A stretch of DNA of 64,000 nucleotides from Terriglobia bacterium (GTDB lineage: Bacteria > Acidobacteriota > Terriglobia > JAJPHL01 > JAPKYU01), in contig CBDBKE010000004.1 in NCBI GenBank assembly GCA_965206645.1, positions 32,001-96,000 of the forward strand, given 5' to 3'. Made by a program: the position numbers and the translations under genes. The notes beneath the pieces are model-generated. The model was not told where the DNA came from. It ran no database searches and saw only the letters and a program-made list of their open reading frames with translations. Numbering within the stretch: the first letter of the stretch is position 1; each line of letters starts with the position of its first letter. Below, piece by piece: positions 53,534 through 63,796 of this stretch.

Positions 53534-53842
53534 TCAGTTCAACCGAACGTGGGCGCGCAAGCGGCGCAACTTGGCCCGGCTGATGCCGCGAATGATCAAC
53601 AGCTCCTCGACGCGGCGGAACCGCCCGTTGCGGCTGCGATGGTGAATGATGGCGCGCGCAGTGGCCGGTCCGACACCCGGCAACTACTGCAGTTCGGTGG
53701 CTAAGGCACTGTTGACGTCCACCGGTTGAGCGGGAGGCGGCCTGCCTGCTGGCTTTTTTTCAGCTGGCGTCTTATCTGCTGGGGCTGTGAGTGCGTTGAT
53801 GGCCAGCAGCAGGAGCGCACACAGTAAAACAGCCCGAAACAT
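53534..53842 (-). pseudogene. comEA: ComEA-like helix-hairpin-helix protein with in-frame TAG at codon 53
   Basis: Signal peptide, VDVNSA...ELQ*LPGVGPATA...GRFRRVEEL..IRGI; absent from the ORF track. Confidence 0.8.
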
Positions 53843-53882
53843 AGCCCGATCGTACACCCAGAGCTTGCATTAGACTAGACCG

Positions 53883-56066
53883 GTGCCCGAACCTCCTTCG
53901 GCCGCCGAACTGCTGTCGCCGGGAGGCTCCGTAGCTCGCCTGTTACCCCACTACGAGGCCCGTCTCGAACAGCAGCAGATGGCCGAACTGGTGGACCGCG
54001 CGCTTGGAGAGAACAAGCTCGCGGTCATCGAAGCCGGCCCCGGCACGGGAAAGAGTTTCGGCTACCTGTTCGCCCTCTTGCTGCATGCCCTCCGGACCGG
54101 AACAGCGGCGGTGGTCAGTTCCAGCACCCACGTCCTTCAGGACCAGCTTATCCAGAGGGACATTCCTTTCACGCAAAGAGTTCTGGAAGAACATGGCATC
54201 GAGTTCCGGGCGGCGGAAGTCAAGGGTATGGGCACGTATTTGTGTCGACTTGCACTGGCGGAGACCTCGGGCGCCCTGATTGTGGATTTCCCGGACGCCG
54301 TAGGGAAGCTGGAGCGCTGGGCCGAGCAGGCTCGCGAAGGCACACGGAGCGAAGCGCCCGCCGTCCCCCCTGAGGTATGGGAGCAAGTCCGCGCCGAGCG
54401 CGACACTTGCACCCGCGACAGGTGCCGCTTCTACGACTCCTGCTTCTTCTTCAACGCTCGCCGGCGTGCCGCCCAGGCACACCTGTTGGTGGCCAACCAT
54501 AGCCTGGTGTTCGCCGACCTGGCAATCAAAGAGGAAGGCGGCCGCGTGCTACCCCACTACACGGTTTTGGTCCTGGACGAAGCTCACAACGTCGAAGACG
54601 CAGCCACTCGCTTCCTGGGCTTGGAGATCAGCCTGTCCGGTCTGAAGATGCTGCTGCACCGCCTGTACGATGGGCGCGGGCGAGGCGCGCTGCCTGGGCT
54701 GGAGCAGGCAGTGCCTGACTTTCGAAGATTGCCGGCGGGCGAGCGTCGCGCCCTACCCGACTTCCTTCAGCGGCAAGTCTATCCGGAGGTGGGTAATGCC
54801 GAGGCGGCGCTGGAGAACGCCTTCCGGGGCATCGAGCGCGCTTACCACGAGCTGGTGCCCAACCCGGAGCATGCCCGGGAAATCCCGAAGCCGCTGCGGC
54901 TGACGCCGAGGATTTACGAGCACGGCGCGCTGGTCCACGCGCAGGTGGCAACTCACCACATGGCAGCGACGCTAGAACTGGTCGCGAACCGCGTGGGGCA
55001 ATTCCTTCGCCGAGTGGAACCCGCCGAGGACCTTCTGAACAGCCGCGATTTTATCACCGCGCGCTCGGCTTGCCGATCCCTCCGCGAACGCGCCCTGGAC
55101 ATCAAGGACTTTTTCGAACCCACCAGTGGCGTGGGAGAACTTGTGAAGTGGATCCAGCCGGATACTACGAAGAAAGGCGCCTTTCGCCTCAAGCTGGCCT
55201 CGGCACCGCTAGATTTGGCGCCGCACCTGGAACAGCGCCTGTTCAAGAAACTCGATGCCTGCCTCCTGACCAGCGCCACTCTGGCTGCCGGCCGCCAGTT
55301 TGAGTACATTCGCGAGCGGCTCGGCCTGGCCGGCGATCTGGCGCCCCGCACCGAGACGCTGCTATTGGATTCCCCGTTTGACTACCAGCGGAATGTGCTG
55401 GTCGGAATCCCCGACGACCTGCCTGAGCCCACTGATCGCGGGCAGGACTTTCAGCAAGAAGCAGCCCGGTTTATCTGGCGGGCGCTGAAGGTGTCGCGTG
55501 GCCGGTCGCTGGTGTTGTTCCATGCCTGGTTCACGCTGCGGGCCACCCACCAGCTGATCGCTCCACATGCGGAGAAACTTGGCTTCCGTGTGCTCTGCCA
55601 GGGTGAGCTTTCCAGGAACCGCCTGATTGAAGTCTTCCGGCGGGACCTGAACTCAGTGCTACTGGCCACAACCAGCTACCGCGAGGGCATTGACGTGCCA
55701 GGCGAAGCGCTCTCCAATCTGATCCTGCACCGGCTCCCATTTCCGGTGCCGGACGAGCCGGTGACCGAAGCCCGCATGGAGCGTATCGAAGAAGACGGGA
55801 GGAGCAGTTTTCGGGAGTACGAGCTGCCGGCCGCCGTCATCGCCTTTAAGCAGGCGTTCGGCCGGCTGATCCGACGCCGAACCGACTACGGGATTTTCCT
55901 GTGCCTGGATAAGCGGCTCCTCACACGGCGCTACGGCGGGCAGTTCTTGCAGGCTTTACCGAGGTGCGAGATCGTGGGGGGGCCAAAAGAAAAAGTCCTG
56001 GGGCGCGCAGCTGAGTTTCTGCGGCACCGGGACCAAAGTGGGTCGCCACGCAGTGGGACCCTTTAG
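53883..56066 (+). CDS. DinG/YoaA-family Fe-S helicase
   Basis: EAGPGTGKS, Cys cluster, ANHSL, DEAH, TSATL, EGIDVPG, QAFGRLIR. Confidence 0.93.
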   Translation: MPEPPSAAELLSPGGSVARLLPHYEARLEQQQMAELVDRALGENKLAVIEAGPGTGKSFGYLFALLLHALRTGTAAVVSSSTHVLQDQLIQRDIPFTQRVLEEHGIEFRAAEVKGMGTYLCRLALAETSGALIVDFPDAVGKLERWAEQAREGTRSEAPAVPPEVWEQVRAERDTCTRDRCRFYDSCFFFNARRRAAQAHLLVANHSLVFADLAIKEEGGRVLPHYTVLVLDEAHNVEDAATRFLGLEISLSGLKMLLHRLYDGRGRGALPGLEQAVPDFRRLPAGERRALPDFLQRQVYPEVGNAEAALENAFRGIERAYHELVPNPEHAREIPKPLRLTPRIYEHGALVHAQVATHHMAATLELVANRVGQFLRRVEPAEDLLNSRDFITARSACRSLRERALDIKDFFEPTSGVGELVKWIQPDTTKKGAFRLKLASAPLDLAPHLEQRLFKKLDACLLTSATLAAGRQFEYIRERLGLAGDLAPRTETLLLDSPFDYQRNVLVGIPDDLPEPTDRGQDFQQEAARFIWRALKVSRGRSLVLFHAWFTLRATHQLIAPHAEKLGFRVLCQGELSRNRLIEVFRRDLNSVLLATTSYREGIDVPGEALSNLILHRLPFPVPDEPVTEARMERIEEDGRSSFREYELPAAVIAFKQAFGRLIRRRTDYGIFLCLDKRLLTRRYGGQFLQALPRCEIVGGPKEKVLGRAAEFLRHRDQSGSPRSGTL

Positions 56067-56186
56067 GCCGCCATCTCTTTTCAGGGTGGTTCAGGATGGG
56101 ATACTAGGCCAGGCGCTACCGGGCCTTGCTGACTGACCCGGTCCCCCAGTAAAATAAGCATTGCTTCCTCTGGCGGTGCTACCCAC

Positions 56187-56260
56187 TGGGAGATGGTGTA
56201 ATGGTAACACGGCAGACTCTGGATCTGCTTATCCAGGTTCGAATCCTGGTCTCCCAGCCA
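56187..56260 (+). tRNA. tRNA-Gln(CTG)
   Basis: TGGGAGA acceptor stem, GCAGA-CTCTGGA-TCTGC, GGTTCGAATCC, CCA. Confidence 0.97.
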
Positions 56261-56392
56261 ACTACGATCAGCACGGTTGTCAGCTTGAATTGACAGCGGT
56301 TGCTGGCGTATGATTTCGGGCGGCATGGAAGCTCGGATCGGGCATTCCGGGTATAATCGCTGGACCAAATAACGGGAGTAGCCTCTACGATT

Positions 56393-56764
56393 ATGAAGAA
56401 AATCCTTGTGGCTGAAGACGACGCTTCGATTCGCCGCATTGTGGAGATAGCTTTGGCTGAGGAAGGGATGGAGGTCATTCCCGCCGTCGACGGCGAAGAG
56501 GCGTTTCAGAAAGCGTTGAAAGAGCAACCAGATGCAATACTGCTGAACATCATGATGCCGAAGATGAATGGCCTGGAAGTTTGTGCGAAGCTGAAAGCCA
56601 ACCAAATAACAGCTGAGCTTCCGATTGGGTTTCTCACCGCGCAAAAGGAATTCAGCTCCTATAAACAAGCCCAAGAACTAGGAGGCTTGCTCTACGTCAC
56701 CAAACCCTTCGAACCCAAGAGGCTAGTTAACTTCGTGGGAGTATTGATGGCTTCGAAGGGGTAA
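56393..56764 (+). CDS. Single-domain response regulator with Asn at the phosphoacceptor position
   Basis: ILVAEDD, PDAILLNIMMPKMNG, FLTA, TKPF. Confidence 0.9.
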   Translation: MKKILVAEDDASIRRIVEIALAEEGMEVIPAVDGEEAFQKALKEQPDAILLNIMMPKMNGLEVCAKLKANQITAELPIGFLTAQKEFSSYKQAQELGGLLYVTKPFEPKRLVNFVGVLMASKG

Positions 56765-56784
56765 GTTCTTGGGCGCACCCACCC

Positions 56785-56875
56785 GGATGGTGCAACACGG
56801 CGCGGCCCCATGCGGAGCGCTAGTACGGACTCTGGATCTGCTTATCGAGGTTCGCGAATCCTGGTCTCCCAACCA
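56785..56875 (+). pseudogene. Degenerate tRNA-Gln copy
   Basis: GACTCTGGATCTGCTTATCGAGGTTCGCGAATCCTGGTCTCCCAACCA matches the 3' half of 56187-56260; the 5' part is rearranged. Confidence 0.75.
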
Positions 56876-57082
56876 ATTCTCCCTTAGTCAGTGCAACAAT
56901 CTCCGATGAAGTTCGGTTGCCGGAGCGGGATGTATGGAACGCCTGCTATCTTGCGGGGCGCGTGTTGAAGCAGTTACGCCACAATCTGAAGAATGGGATC
57001 GCCGTAAACGTCGGTGAGCCACAATGCTCGACGCTTGTTGGATTACAATAAGACCACTGCCGGTCAGATGAGGAGTCTTAAG

Positions 57083-58003
57083 ATGCGTGACGTCATCGTC
57101 ATTGGGTCCGGGTGCGCGGGGCTGACCGCGGCCCTCTACGCCGCGCGAGCGAACCTGAAACCCCTAGTCATTGAGGGCTGGGAAGCCGGCGGGCAATTGA
57201 GCTTGACCACAACGGTTGAGAATTATCCCGGCTTTCCCGAAGGAGTGATGGGACCGGACCTGATTCAGAAAATGAAGGAACAGGCCGCCAAATTCGACAC
57301 TGAGTACAAGCAGGGCTCGGTGACCCGAGCCGACCTTGCCCAGAGTCCCTTTCGAATCTGGGTGGAGGACGAGGAATTGCAAACCAGGGCGTTGATATTG
57401 GCCAACGGGGCCTCAGCCCGTCTGCTGGGCCTGGACGCGGAGAAGAAGTTGATGGGCCACGGGGTTTCCACCTGCGCCACTTGCGACGGCTTTTTTTTCC
57501 GCGGCAAGAAAGTGCTGGTGGTGGGCGGCGGGGACTCGGCCATGGAGGAAGGTACCTTCCTCACCAAATTTGCCGCCTCCGTAAACATCATCCACCGGCG
57601 CGATCAGTTTCGCGCCTCCAAGATCATGCTGGAACGCGCTCGCCGCAATGACAAGATCAAGCTCACCGTGGATACAGTCGTCGAAGACATTTACGACCCC
57701 AGCCGGGGGCAGGTCACCGGAGTGAAGCTGCGCAACGTGAAATCCAAACAGCCGAGCGAGCTGGAAGCCGACGGCGTCTTTCTCGCCATCGGCCACCAAC
57801 CCAACACCGACGTGCTCAAAGGCCAGATCGAGCTGGATCCCGAGGGATACGTAGTGACCCAGGACCACGTCCGCACCAGCGTCGAGGGGGTATTTGCCGC
57901 CGGCGACGTGCAAGACCGTGTCTTCCGCCAGGCTGTTACCGCTGCTGGCAGCGGGTGCATGGCCGCCATTGCCACGGAAAGGTGGCTGGAAGCCCAGCAC
58001 TAG
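57083..58003 (+). CDS. trxB: Thioredoxin reductase
   Basis: GSGCAG, VENYPGF, CATCDG, GGGDSAMEE, FAAGDV, QAVTAAGSGC. Confidence 0.95.
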   Translation: MRDVIVIGSGCAGLTAALYAARANLKPLVIEGWEAGGQLSLTTTVENYPGFPEGVMGPDLIQKMKEQAAKFDTEYKQGSVTRADLAQSPFRIWVEDEELQTRALILANGASARLLGLDAEKKLMGHGVSTCATCDGFFFRGKKVLVVGGGDSAMEEGTFLTKFAASVNIIHRRDQFRASKIMLERARRNDKIKLTVDTVVEDIYDPSRGQVTGVKLRNVKSKQPSELEADGVFLAIGHQPNTDVLKGQIELDPEGYVVTQDHVRTSVEGVFAAGDVQDRVFRQAVTAAGSGCMAAIATERWLEAQH

Positions 58004-58031
58004 TTTTCCTCTTCGCTCTCCTCCGCTGCGC

Positions 58032-58946
58032 ATGCTGATCCGAAGCCTGCTGCTCCACTTGGCCGAGCGGCCTTCCATTCAAAAATTCATGCTGGAGTCG
58101 CGGGCCGTGCGCGCGCTGGCCCGCCGGTTCGTGGCCGGGGAAACAATCGAGGACGCACTACGTGCCGCCTGTGCAGTGCAGGAGGCCGGCTTCAGCGTCA
58201 GTCTGGACTACCTGGGCGAGCACGTCACCAACGAGGCGGAAGCCGCTGCTGCGCGCAACGTCTATCTCCAACTACTGGATGAGATTCAGGCTCGAGGCCT
58301 GAACACCAATGTATCGGTCAAGCTGACACAGCTAGGTCTGGACCTTTCCACGGAGCACTGCCAGCAGCGGCTGGCGGCGGTGGTGGAGCGAGCCGCTACC
58401 TACGGCAATTTTGTGCGGGTGGATATGGAAGGCTCCGGGTACACGGAGCGCACTCTGGAGTCGGTGCGCGCACTGCGGCGGCGGTTCGACAACCTGGGCG
58501 CGGTCATCCAGGCCTATTTGTATCGCACCGAGCAGGATGTCGAACAACTGCTGGCGGAAGGTATCCGCATCCGCTTGTGCAAAGGCGCCTACGACGAGTC
58601 GCCCGAAGTGGCCTACGCGCGCAAGTCCGACGTGGACGGCAACTTCCTGCGGCTGATGCGGCGGTTGCTTCCCAGCGGCCTCTATCACGCTATCGCCACG
58701 CACGATCCGCGGATGGTCCGCGCCACACGGGACTATTGCCGGGCCCAAGGAATTGGCCCGGAGGCGTTCGAGTTTCAGATGTTGTACGGAATCCGGCGCG
58801 ACCTGCAGCAGCGCCTGCGCCGTGAAGGATACCGGATGCGTATCTACATCCCCTTCGGGCGTCAGTGGTTTCCCTACCTGACCCGGCGTTTGGCCGAGCG
58901 TTCCGCCAACTTGGTATTCTTCCTGCGGAATCTGTTCCGGGACTGA
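58032..58946 (+). CDS. Monofunctional proline dehydrogenase
   Basis: RFVAGE, DYLGE, SVKLTQLG, VDME, RLCKGAY, IATHD, FQMLYG, RRLAER. Confidence 0.93.
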   Translation: MLIRSLLLHLAERPSIQKFMLESRAVRALARRFVAGETIEDALRAACAVQEAGFSVSLDYLGEHVTNEAEAAAARNVYLQLLDEIQARGLNTNVSVKLTQLGLDLSTEHCQQRLAAVVERAATYGNFVRVDMEGSGYTERTLESVRALRRRFDNLGAVIQAYLYRTEQDVEQLLAEGIRIRLCKGAYDESPEVAYARKSDVDGNFLRLMRRLLPSGLYHAIATHDPRMVRATRDYCRAQGIGPEAFEFQMLYGIRRDLQQRLRREGYRMRIYIPFGRQWFPYLTRRLAERSANLVFFLRNLFRD

Positions 58947-59258
58947 TGAGAGGATCTGGCCAGCTGAAATCGCACGGCAAATCGTGCAGGCGCTAAACCT
59001 TCCCGAAGCGGAGGCGCGCCGAACTCGCGGCCCCACGGCTTCGCCAGCTGCCAAGCGGGGAAATTCGATCGAACCGGGGCATAGCCCGGCGGCTCACCCG
59101 CCTTTCCAGACCGAAAATCAGACTCACCGTGGTATACTGGGCCTGCGTTTGTTGCGCTCGCCCGTTCATTGACGCCGGCCACCTGGCTGGAAGTGCCGTT
59201 GGCGTCGTCCTTGGAAAGTCGAGAAGCCCAAATAGCTCAAGAACGAAGGGGATAGTTT

Positions 59259-59462
59259 GTGAAAGAAGAAGGTACTGTGAAGTGGTTCAACCCGTCAAAG
59301 GGATATGGGTTTATCCAACGGCAGACGGGCGAGGATGTCTTTGTTCATTTTTCGGCGATCCAGTCAGAGGGCTATCGGTCGTTGGAAGAGGGGCAAGCTG
59401 TTCAGTTTTCGGTCACCAAGGGTCCGAAGGGCCTGCAGGCCGAGGATGTTTCCCTTCTGTGA
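59259..59462 (+). CDS. cspA: Cold-shock protein
   Basis: GTVKWFN..KGYGFI...DVFVHFSAI; GTG start. Confidence 0.95.
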   Translation: MKEEGTVKWFNPSKGYGFIQRQTGEDVFVHFSAIQSEGYRSLEEGQAVQFSVTKGPKGLQAEDVSLL

Positions 59463-59600
59463 GTCCGAGTCCGAGCGAGCGGAGTAAGTTACTCCGCTCG
59501 CACCGTGCCTATCCTGGTAGCGGCAAGGTCGCAGCAAGATTTCGATTCCCGGGTTTTGTCCCTGCCACGTACCCTCGCCACCATTGAGAAAGGAAGAAGC

Positions 59601-59948
59601 ATGAAAAAGCTATATGTCGGGAACATGAGCTTCGAAACAACGGAGAGCGAGTTGCGATCGCTGTTTGAGCCATTTGGGGAAGTCGGCGAAATACACGTCG
59701 CGACAGATCGTGCCACGGGCCGCGCCCGAGGGTTCGCTTTCGTAGAATTGATTGACGACGAATCAGCGATCAAGGCTATGGCGGAATTGAACGGAAAAGT
59801 AGTGGCTGGTCGAGCCCTGAACGTGAACGAGGCGCGTCCCAAGCCGCAACAGAGCTTTGGCGGCGGCAGCAAACGTCGCGGCGGCGGCCGGTTCTCGCGA
59901 GATGATTACCGTGGTTCCGCACGGCAGCCCCGTGAGCCCCGCTGGTAG
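59601..59948 (+). CDS. RRM (RNP-1) RNA-binding protein
   Basis: KLYVGNM, RGFAFVE, LNVNEARPK, Gly/Arg tail. Confidence 0.95.
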   Translation: MKKLYVGNMSFETTESELRSLFEPFGEVGEIHVATDRATGRARGFAFVELIDDESAIKAMAELNGKVVAGRALNVNEARPKPQQSFGGGSKRRGGGRFSRDDYRGSARQPREPRW

Positions 59949-60016
59949 CGCAGCGAGCGTGTTTGCGGAGCGAGAGTTTGCGTCGCGTTTCCAAACTTTG
60001 ATGTGAGGGAGGGTTT

Positions 60017-60265
60017 ATGGCCCAGCGAGGACGGATGACCTTTCAAAAGCGCCAGAAAGAGATTGCGAGGAAAGAAAAGCGGCGCATGAAAGTAGAACGC
60101 CGGGTCCAAAGAAAGGCGGCCGGCGGCCTCGAACAACTCGAATTTGAGAGCCAGTCCGCGTTGGAATCGGAAACGCAAGAACCCATGGAGCAGGCCCAAG
60201 AACTCAGGGACGGGAGTTCCACCTCCGGATCGGAAACGCCAGCAGCCGAGGCAAATTCAGGCTAG
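60017..60265 (+). CDS. Small basic-N/acidic-C hypothetical protein
   Basis: GGAGG RBS; TFQKRQKEIARKEKRRMK.ERR. Confidence 0.7.
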   Translation: MAQRGRMTFQKRQKEIARKEKRRMKVERRVQRKAAGGLEQLEFESQSALESETQEPMEQAQELRDGSSTSGSETPAAEANSG

Positions 60266-60423
60266 TTTTGCCTCGATTGCATACTCCTCTGCTTTCCTCC
60301 GGACACGACGGTCCGCACCGTTGCCAAAGAGCAGTGACCATGAACAGCACGGCAAACCGATCCGTAGTCTGTCACCGTGGCGCAGCTTCTCTCTTTCTGG
60401 GCAGATGAGGAGGATGGTGGAGC

Positions 60424-60777
60424 ATGCTTATATACACGGGATTTACCGTAGTGCCGGGCGGCCGCGAATATGGTTTCTCTGTCCCCGGGAACAACACTCC
60501 AACTCGTTCCTTCACCGTAGTGATCGGGGATGCCGCCTTTCGGCCGGGCCTTCTCAAGTACCAGGAAGGACCGGAAATTTGTTACGGCAAGCTGTTGACC
60601 GCTCTTGCGGCTGAACAGAGCGATTGCCCCTTATGCGCTCGGCAGGACGTGACCGAATCGGAGGTGGCCGAGTACAAGGCTTCAGGTCGCGCAAAGGTGG
60701 GAAGGTGGAGTGAAGAACGGCGCCTGGAGGCGAAGCGACGCTTCAAGGCGAACCGTGCGCAAGGTCTGGTACGGTGA
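60424..60777 (+). CDS. Conserved hypothetical protein
   Basis: GGAG RBS; YTGF...REYGF...YQEGPEICYGKL. Confidence 0.65.
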   Translation: MLIYTGFTVVPGGREYGFSVPGNNTPTRSFTVVIGDAAFRPGLLKYQEGPEICYGKLLTALAAEQSDCPLCARQDVTESEVAEYKASGRAKVGRWSEERRLEAKRRFKANRAQGLVR

Positions 60778-60926
60778 ACCTCCATTCGCCGGCAACTTTC
60801 GCGTAGATGCTCAGGGCACCTAATTTCGGTCAACCCCAACTGGTTTCCGCTACTGGCCCGCAGAGGTTCTACGAAAAGCAGTAAGAATCCCCCAAAGTTC
60901 TGAAGGTTCCAATAAAGCTTGGAAGC

Positions 60927-61172
60927 TTACAACTTTACGACGATGCGAGTATCGGTCTCGCTGACTCCCTCCAGGTTGTGGATCCGCCCCAGGACCAGTT
61001 CGCGAAGTTCCGTCTCGTCGCTGACTTCCACGTGGGCGATCACATCGGGACGGCCCCAGCAGGCATGCACGGTTTTCACCTCGGGGATTTCGTTCATGTC
61101 CCGAATAATCTTCCGCGCCCAGCCGGCATGCACGTTGATAAACACGTAGGCCTGCATTGCCATAGCCGTCAT
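60927..61172 (-). CDS. Lrp/AsnC ligand-binding-domain protein
   Basis: AYVFINV...GRPDVIAHVE...GVSETDTRIV; GGAGG RBS. Confidence 0.85.
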   Translation of the reverse strand: MTAMAMQAYVFINVHAGWARKIIRDMNEIPEVKTVHACWGRPDVIAHVEVSDETELRELVLGRIHNLEGVSETDTRIVVKL

Positions 61173-61395
61173 TCTACCTCCACCGGTCCTCGACGCGCGA
61201 GGGCCACTCCAATAACAGGACAAGAGGGGAGCTAGACGGTCAACTCCCCGGCAGCCCGTCGTCCACGGCCTGGCTCGCGCGGGCGCACCGGTCAGCTCGC
61301 AAACTTGCCGCTTCCCGCCTGCTCCCACCGATGAGGCATAGCTGGAGCGCACACGCGGAATGTGACTCAATCAAGCGGAAGGGGCAAAGAAAAAC

Positions 61396-61611
61396 CTAAT
61401 CGGGGAAGGAGAACTTTTCGACGTCTTTCCAGGCGCTGACCTTCAAGTGGCGGCAAACCCAGCAGAGCGTATCATTGTGCTTGCTGGCTCCCGGGTTGCC
61501 ACAGACGCGACACCGGAGCGACTTGGCGGCCTCAAATTCCTCGACCGAGGCTGGTGGTGGTGGAGGGGGCGAAGGATCAAATTGGGAGTCCTTTTCTGGG
61601 CGCTTCTTCAT
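61396..61611 (-). CDS. Small CxxC-CxxC zinc-finger protein
   Basis: CRVC...CWVC with a Pro-rich linker. Confidence 0.5.
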   Translation of the reverse strand: MKKRPEKDSQFDPSPPPPPPASVEEFEAAKSLRCRVCGNPGASKHNDTLCWVCRHLKVSAWKDVEKFSFPD

Positions 61612-61763
61612 AAGAACATCCGCAGTTTCGTCTGCGTCTACTCAACAACTACTATATCACCTGCTGGTTTCTCTTGACGGGAAAAGATACACGCGTGCCG
61701 TAGCTATTATGAAACCTCAGACAGACAAAGACCAGCAGTCCAAGCGCCGGTCGAAGGCTGCCG

Positions 61764-62888
61764 CTAGCGCTCCGCGCTGGCGACGACCTCCTGGAATTGC
61801 TTCTGGAGGAAGGTGTCGGTCATGCCGGCGATGTAGTCACAGATAACTCGGTGCGGCGCTTCCTCATTTATCCTTGCCCGGTAGGCGCGGGGCAGGCGGT
61901 TGGGATGTTCCAGGTAAAGGTCGAACAATTCGGCCACCATTTCGGCGCCTCCCTCCCGCTCCCGGCGGAGTGCAGAGTGATCGTAAAGTCGCCGGTAGAG
62001 AAATTCTTTTAGGCTACGGGTGTGCTGGCTCATTTCCGGATTAAGGCTGGCCAGCCGGCGGGGGAAGTCGCGGACGTCTTCAACCGAGCCAGTCCGTTCG
62101 CGCTCCAGTGTGGCGCGAGTGCTTTCGATCAGGTCGCTGGCCAGCGCGTCCAGAACTCGCTTCAGCGTTTCGTTGAACTTCAGCTTCGGCAGCGCGGCCG
62201 CGAAGATCTGTTCCACGGCTTCAAAGTGGACGTTGAATAGTGGTACTTCGGCCCGGATCAGCTCCAGCTCGAGAAGTCCGGCTTCAAAGCCGTCATCCAG
62301 GTCGGCGGTGTTGTAAGCGATTTCGTCGGCCAAGTCAATAAGTTGTGCTTCCAGTGGTGGTTTCTTCGCCAGCAGGTACTCGGCCAGCTCTGGGTGTTCG
62401 GTTGCTGAGTAGTCGCGGGAGTGCTTGATGATGCCCTCGCGCACTTCAAAGGTCAGGTTCAGGCCGTGAAAGGCGGCATAACGCTGTTCGAAGTACTCGA
62501 CGATTCGCAGGGCGTGGAGGTTATGCTCGAAGCGATCGCCGAAGCGGCGCATCGCCCGGTCCAGGCTTTTCTCGCCGGCGTGGCCGAAGGGCGGGTGGCC
62601 GACGTCGTGGACCAGCGCCAGCGCCTCGCACAACTCCACATTCAAACGTAGAGCGGCACCAACAGTGCGGGCGATCTGGGCCACCTCGATGGTGTGGGTG
62701 AGCCGGTTGCGGAAGTGGTCGCTGTAGCGGCTGGTGAACACCTGGGTCTTGTTTTCCAGGCGGCGAAAGGCTCGGGAGTGGACGATGCGGTCGCGGTCGC
62801 GCTGGAAATCGTCGCGGTAGGGGTGAGGCGCTTCCGGAGAGCGGCGCCCCAAACTTTGCTCAACACGGAAGGCGAATGGGGCAAGCAT
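61764..62888 (-). CDS. dgt: dGTP triphosphohydrolase
   Basis: FQRDRDRIVHSRAFRRL..KTQVF, RLTHTIEVAQIAR, HDVGHPPFGHAGE, DYIAGMTD. Confidence 0.95.
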   Translation of the reverse strand: MLAPFAFRVEQSLGRRSPEAPHPYRDDFQRDRDRIVHSRAFRRLENKTQVFTSRYSDHFRNRLTHTIEVAQIARTVGAALRLNVELCEALALVHDVGHPPFGHAGEKSLDRAMRRFGDRFEHNLHALRIVEYFEQRYAAFHGLNLTFEVREGIIKHSRDYSATEHPELAEYLLAKKPPLEAQLIDLADEIAYNTADLDDGFEAGLLELELIRAEVPLFNVHFEAVEQIFAAALPKLKFNETLKRVLDALASDLIESTRATLERERTGSVEDVRDFPRRLASLNPEMSQHTRSLKEFLYRRLYDHSALRREREGGAEMVAELFDLYLEHPNRLPRAYRARINEEAPHRVICDYIAGMTDTFLQKQFQEVVASAER

Positions 62889-62932
62889 CGGGGCCAAGGC
62901 GTGCCCGAACGCACGCGCTGGCTAGCGTGGCG

Positions 62933-63670
62933 CTATTGGCTCTTCCTCAGTTCGGACAGCCGCTCGTAGGCTGCATCGGCCGCGGTGCCGTCCGGGGTCT
63001 CCTTCTGGATCTGCTGATAGATCTTTTCGGCTTCGTCCGGCTTTTGCTCGCTCAAGTGCTCGGCCAGGGTCAGTAGGGCCATTTCCCGGGAAACCAGGTC
63101 TCCCGGCCGGTCTGCCAGTTCCCGGTAGAGTTTCTCGGCCTCGTCGGATTTGCCGTTTTGGGCATAGATTCCGGCCAGCGCAAACCGGGCCAGGGGCGCC
63201 AACTGTTGGTCCTCGTCCTGCTCGGCGAGCGTGCGCAACTCGCGCATGGCTTCTTCGGTTTGACCCAGATGTTGCTTGGTCAGGCCCAGGTAGTAGCGAG
63301 CTATGCGCGGCTGGCCACCGAAGCGAAGTTTGGCGAGCCAGCCATACTTCTGAGCTATGGCCGCAAACTCTTTTTCGGCTTGGCGGTAACGCGCCTCCTC
63401 GTCGGAGAAGTTCATGTCGGGTTCCGCTGGCTGGTTCTCCGAGGTCGTGGGAGCGTAGAAGACGCGAATGGCGTGGGCCAGCTCCTCATTAGCCTGCGCC
63501 TTCCGATTCTGCACATAGAAGTAACCGCCCAGGCCCAGGACCATCACTAGGACGACGGCAATCAGCAGCAAGATCAGAGCACTGCGGTGCTGTTGGAGAA
63601 ACTGGTAGGTCCTGGAGAACTTAGTGACAAATTGATCCTTCTTGAGTTCCTTCCTGCTAATTCGCGCCAA
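62933..63670 (-). CDS. Membrane-anchored TPR protein (YfgM-like)
   Basis: RISRKELKKDQF, one TM helix, TPR helices. Confidence 0.8.
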   Translation of the reverse strand: MARISRKELKKDQFVTKFSRTYQFLQQHRSALILLLIAVVLVMVLGLGGYFYVQNRKAQANEELAHAIRVFYAPTTSENQPAEPDMNFSDEEARYRQAEKEFAAIAQKYGWLAKLRFGGQPRIARYYLGLTKQHLGQTEEAMRELRTLAEQDEDQQLAPLARFALAGIYAQNGKSDEAEKLYRELADRPGDLVSREMALLTLAEHLSEQKPDEAEKIYQQIQKETPDGTAADAAYERLSELRKSQ

Positions 63671-63796
63671 TGGTGATCTCCGAACTTACAACCACGAAAT
63701 GCTAACAGCGACCCTGCGGAACTGTCAAACGGCCCGTCTGCTCGGTCCCCACCTGCGGTGGGCCGGGCGCGACAAAGGGCGAGAAACGCAGAGGAG

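Noticed and set aside
53684-53686. Pyrrolysine or amber recoding in comEA
   Set aside because: No pyl genes are seen, the position is not catalytic, and TAG ends many genes in this window.
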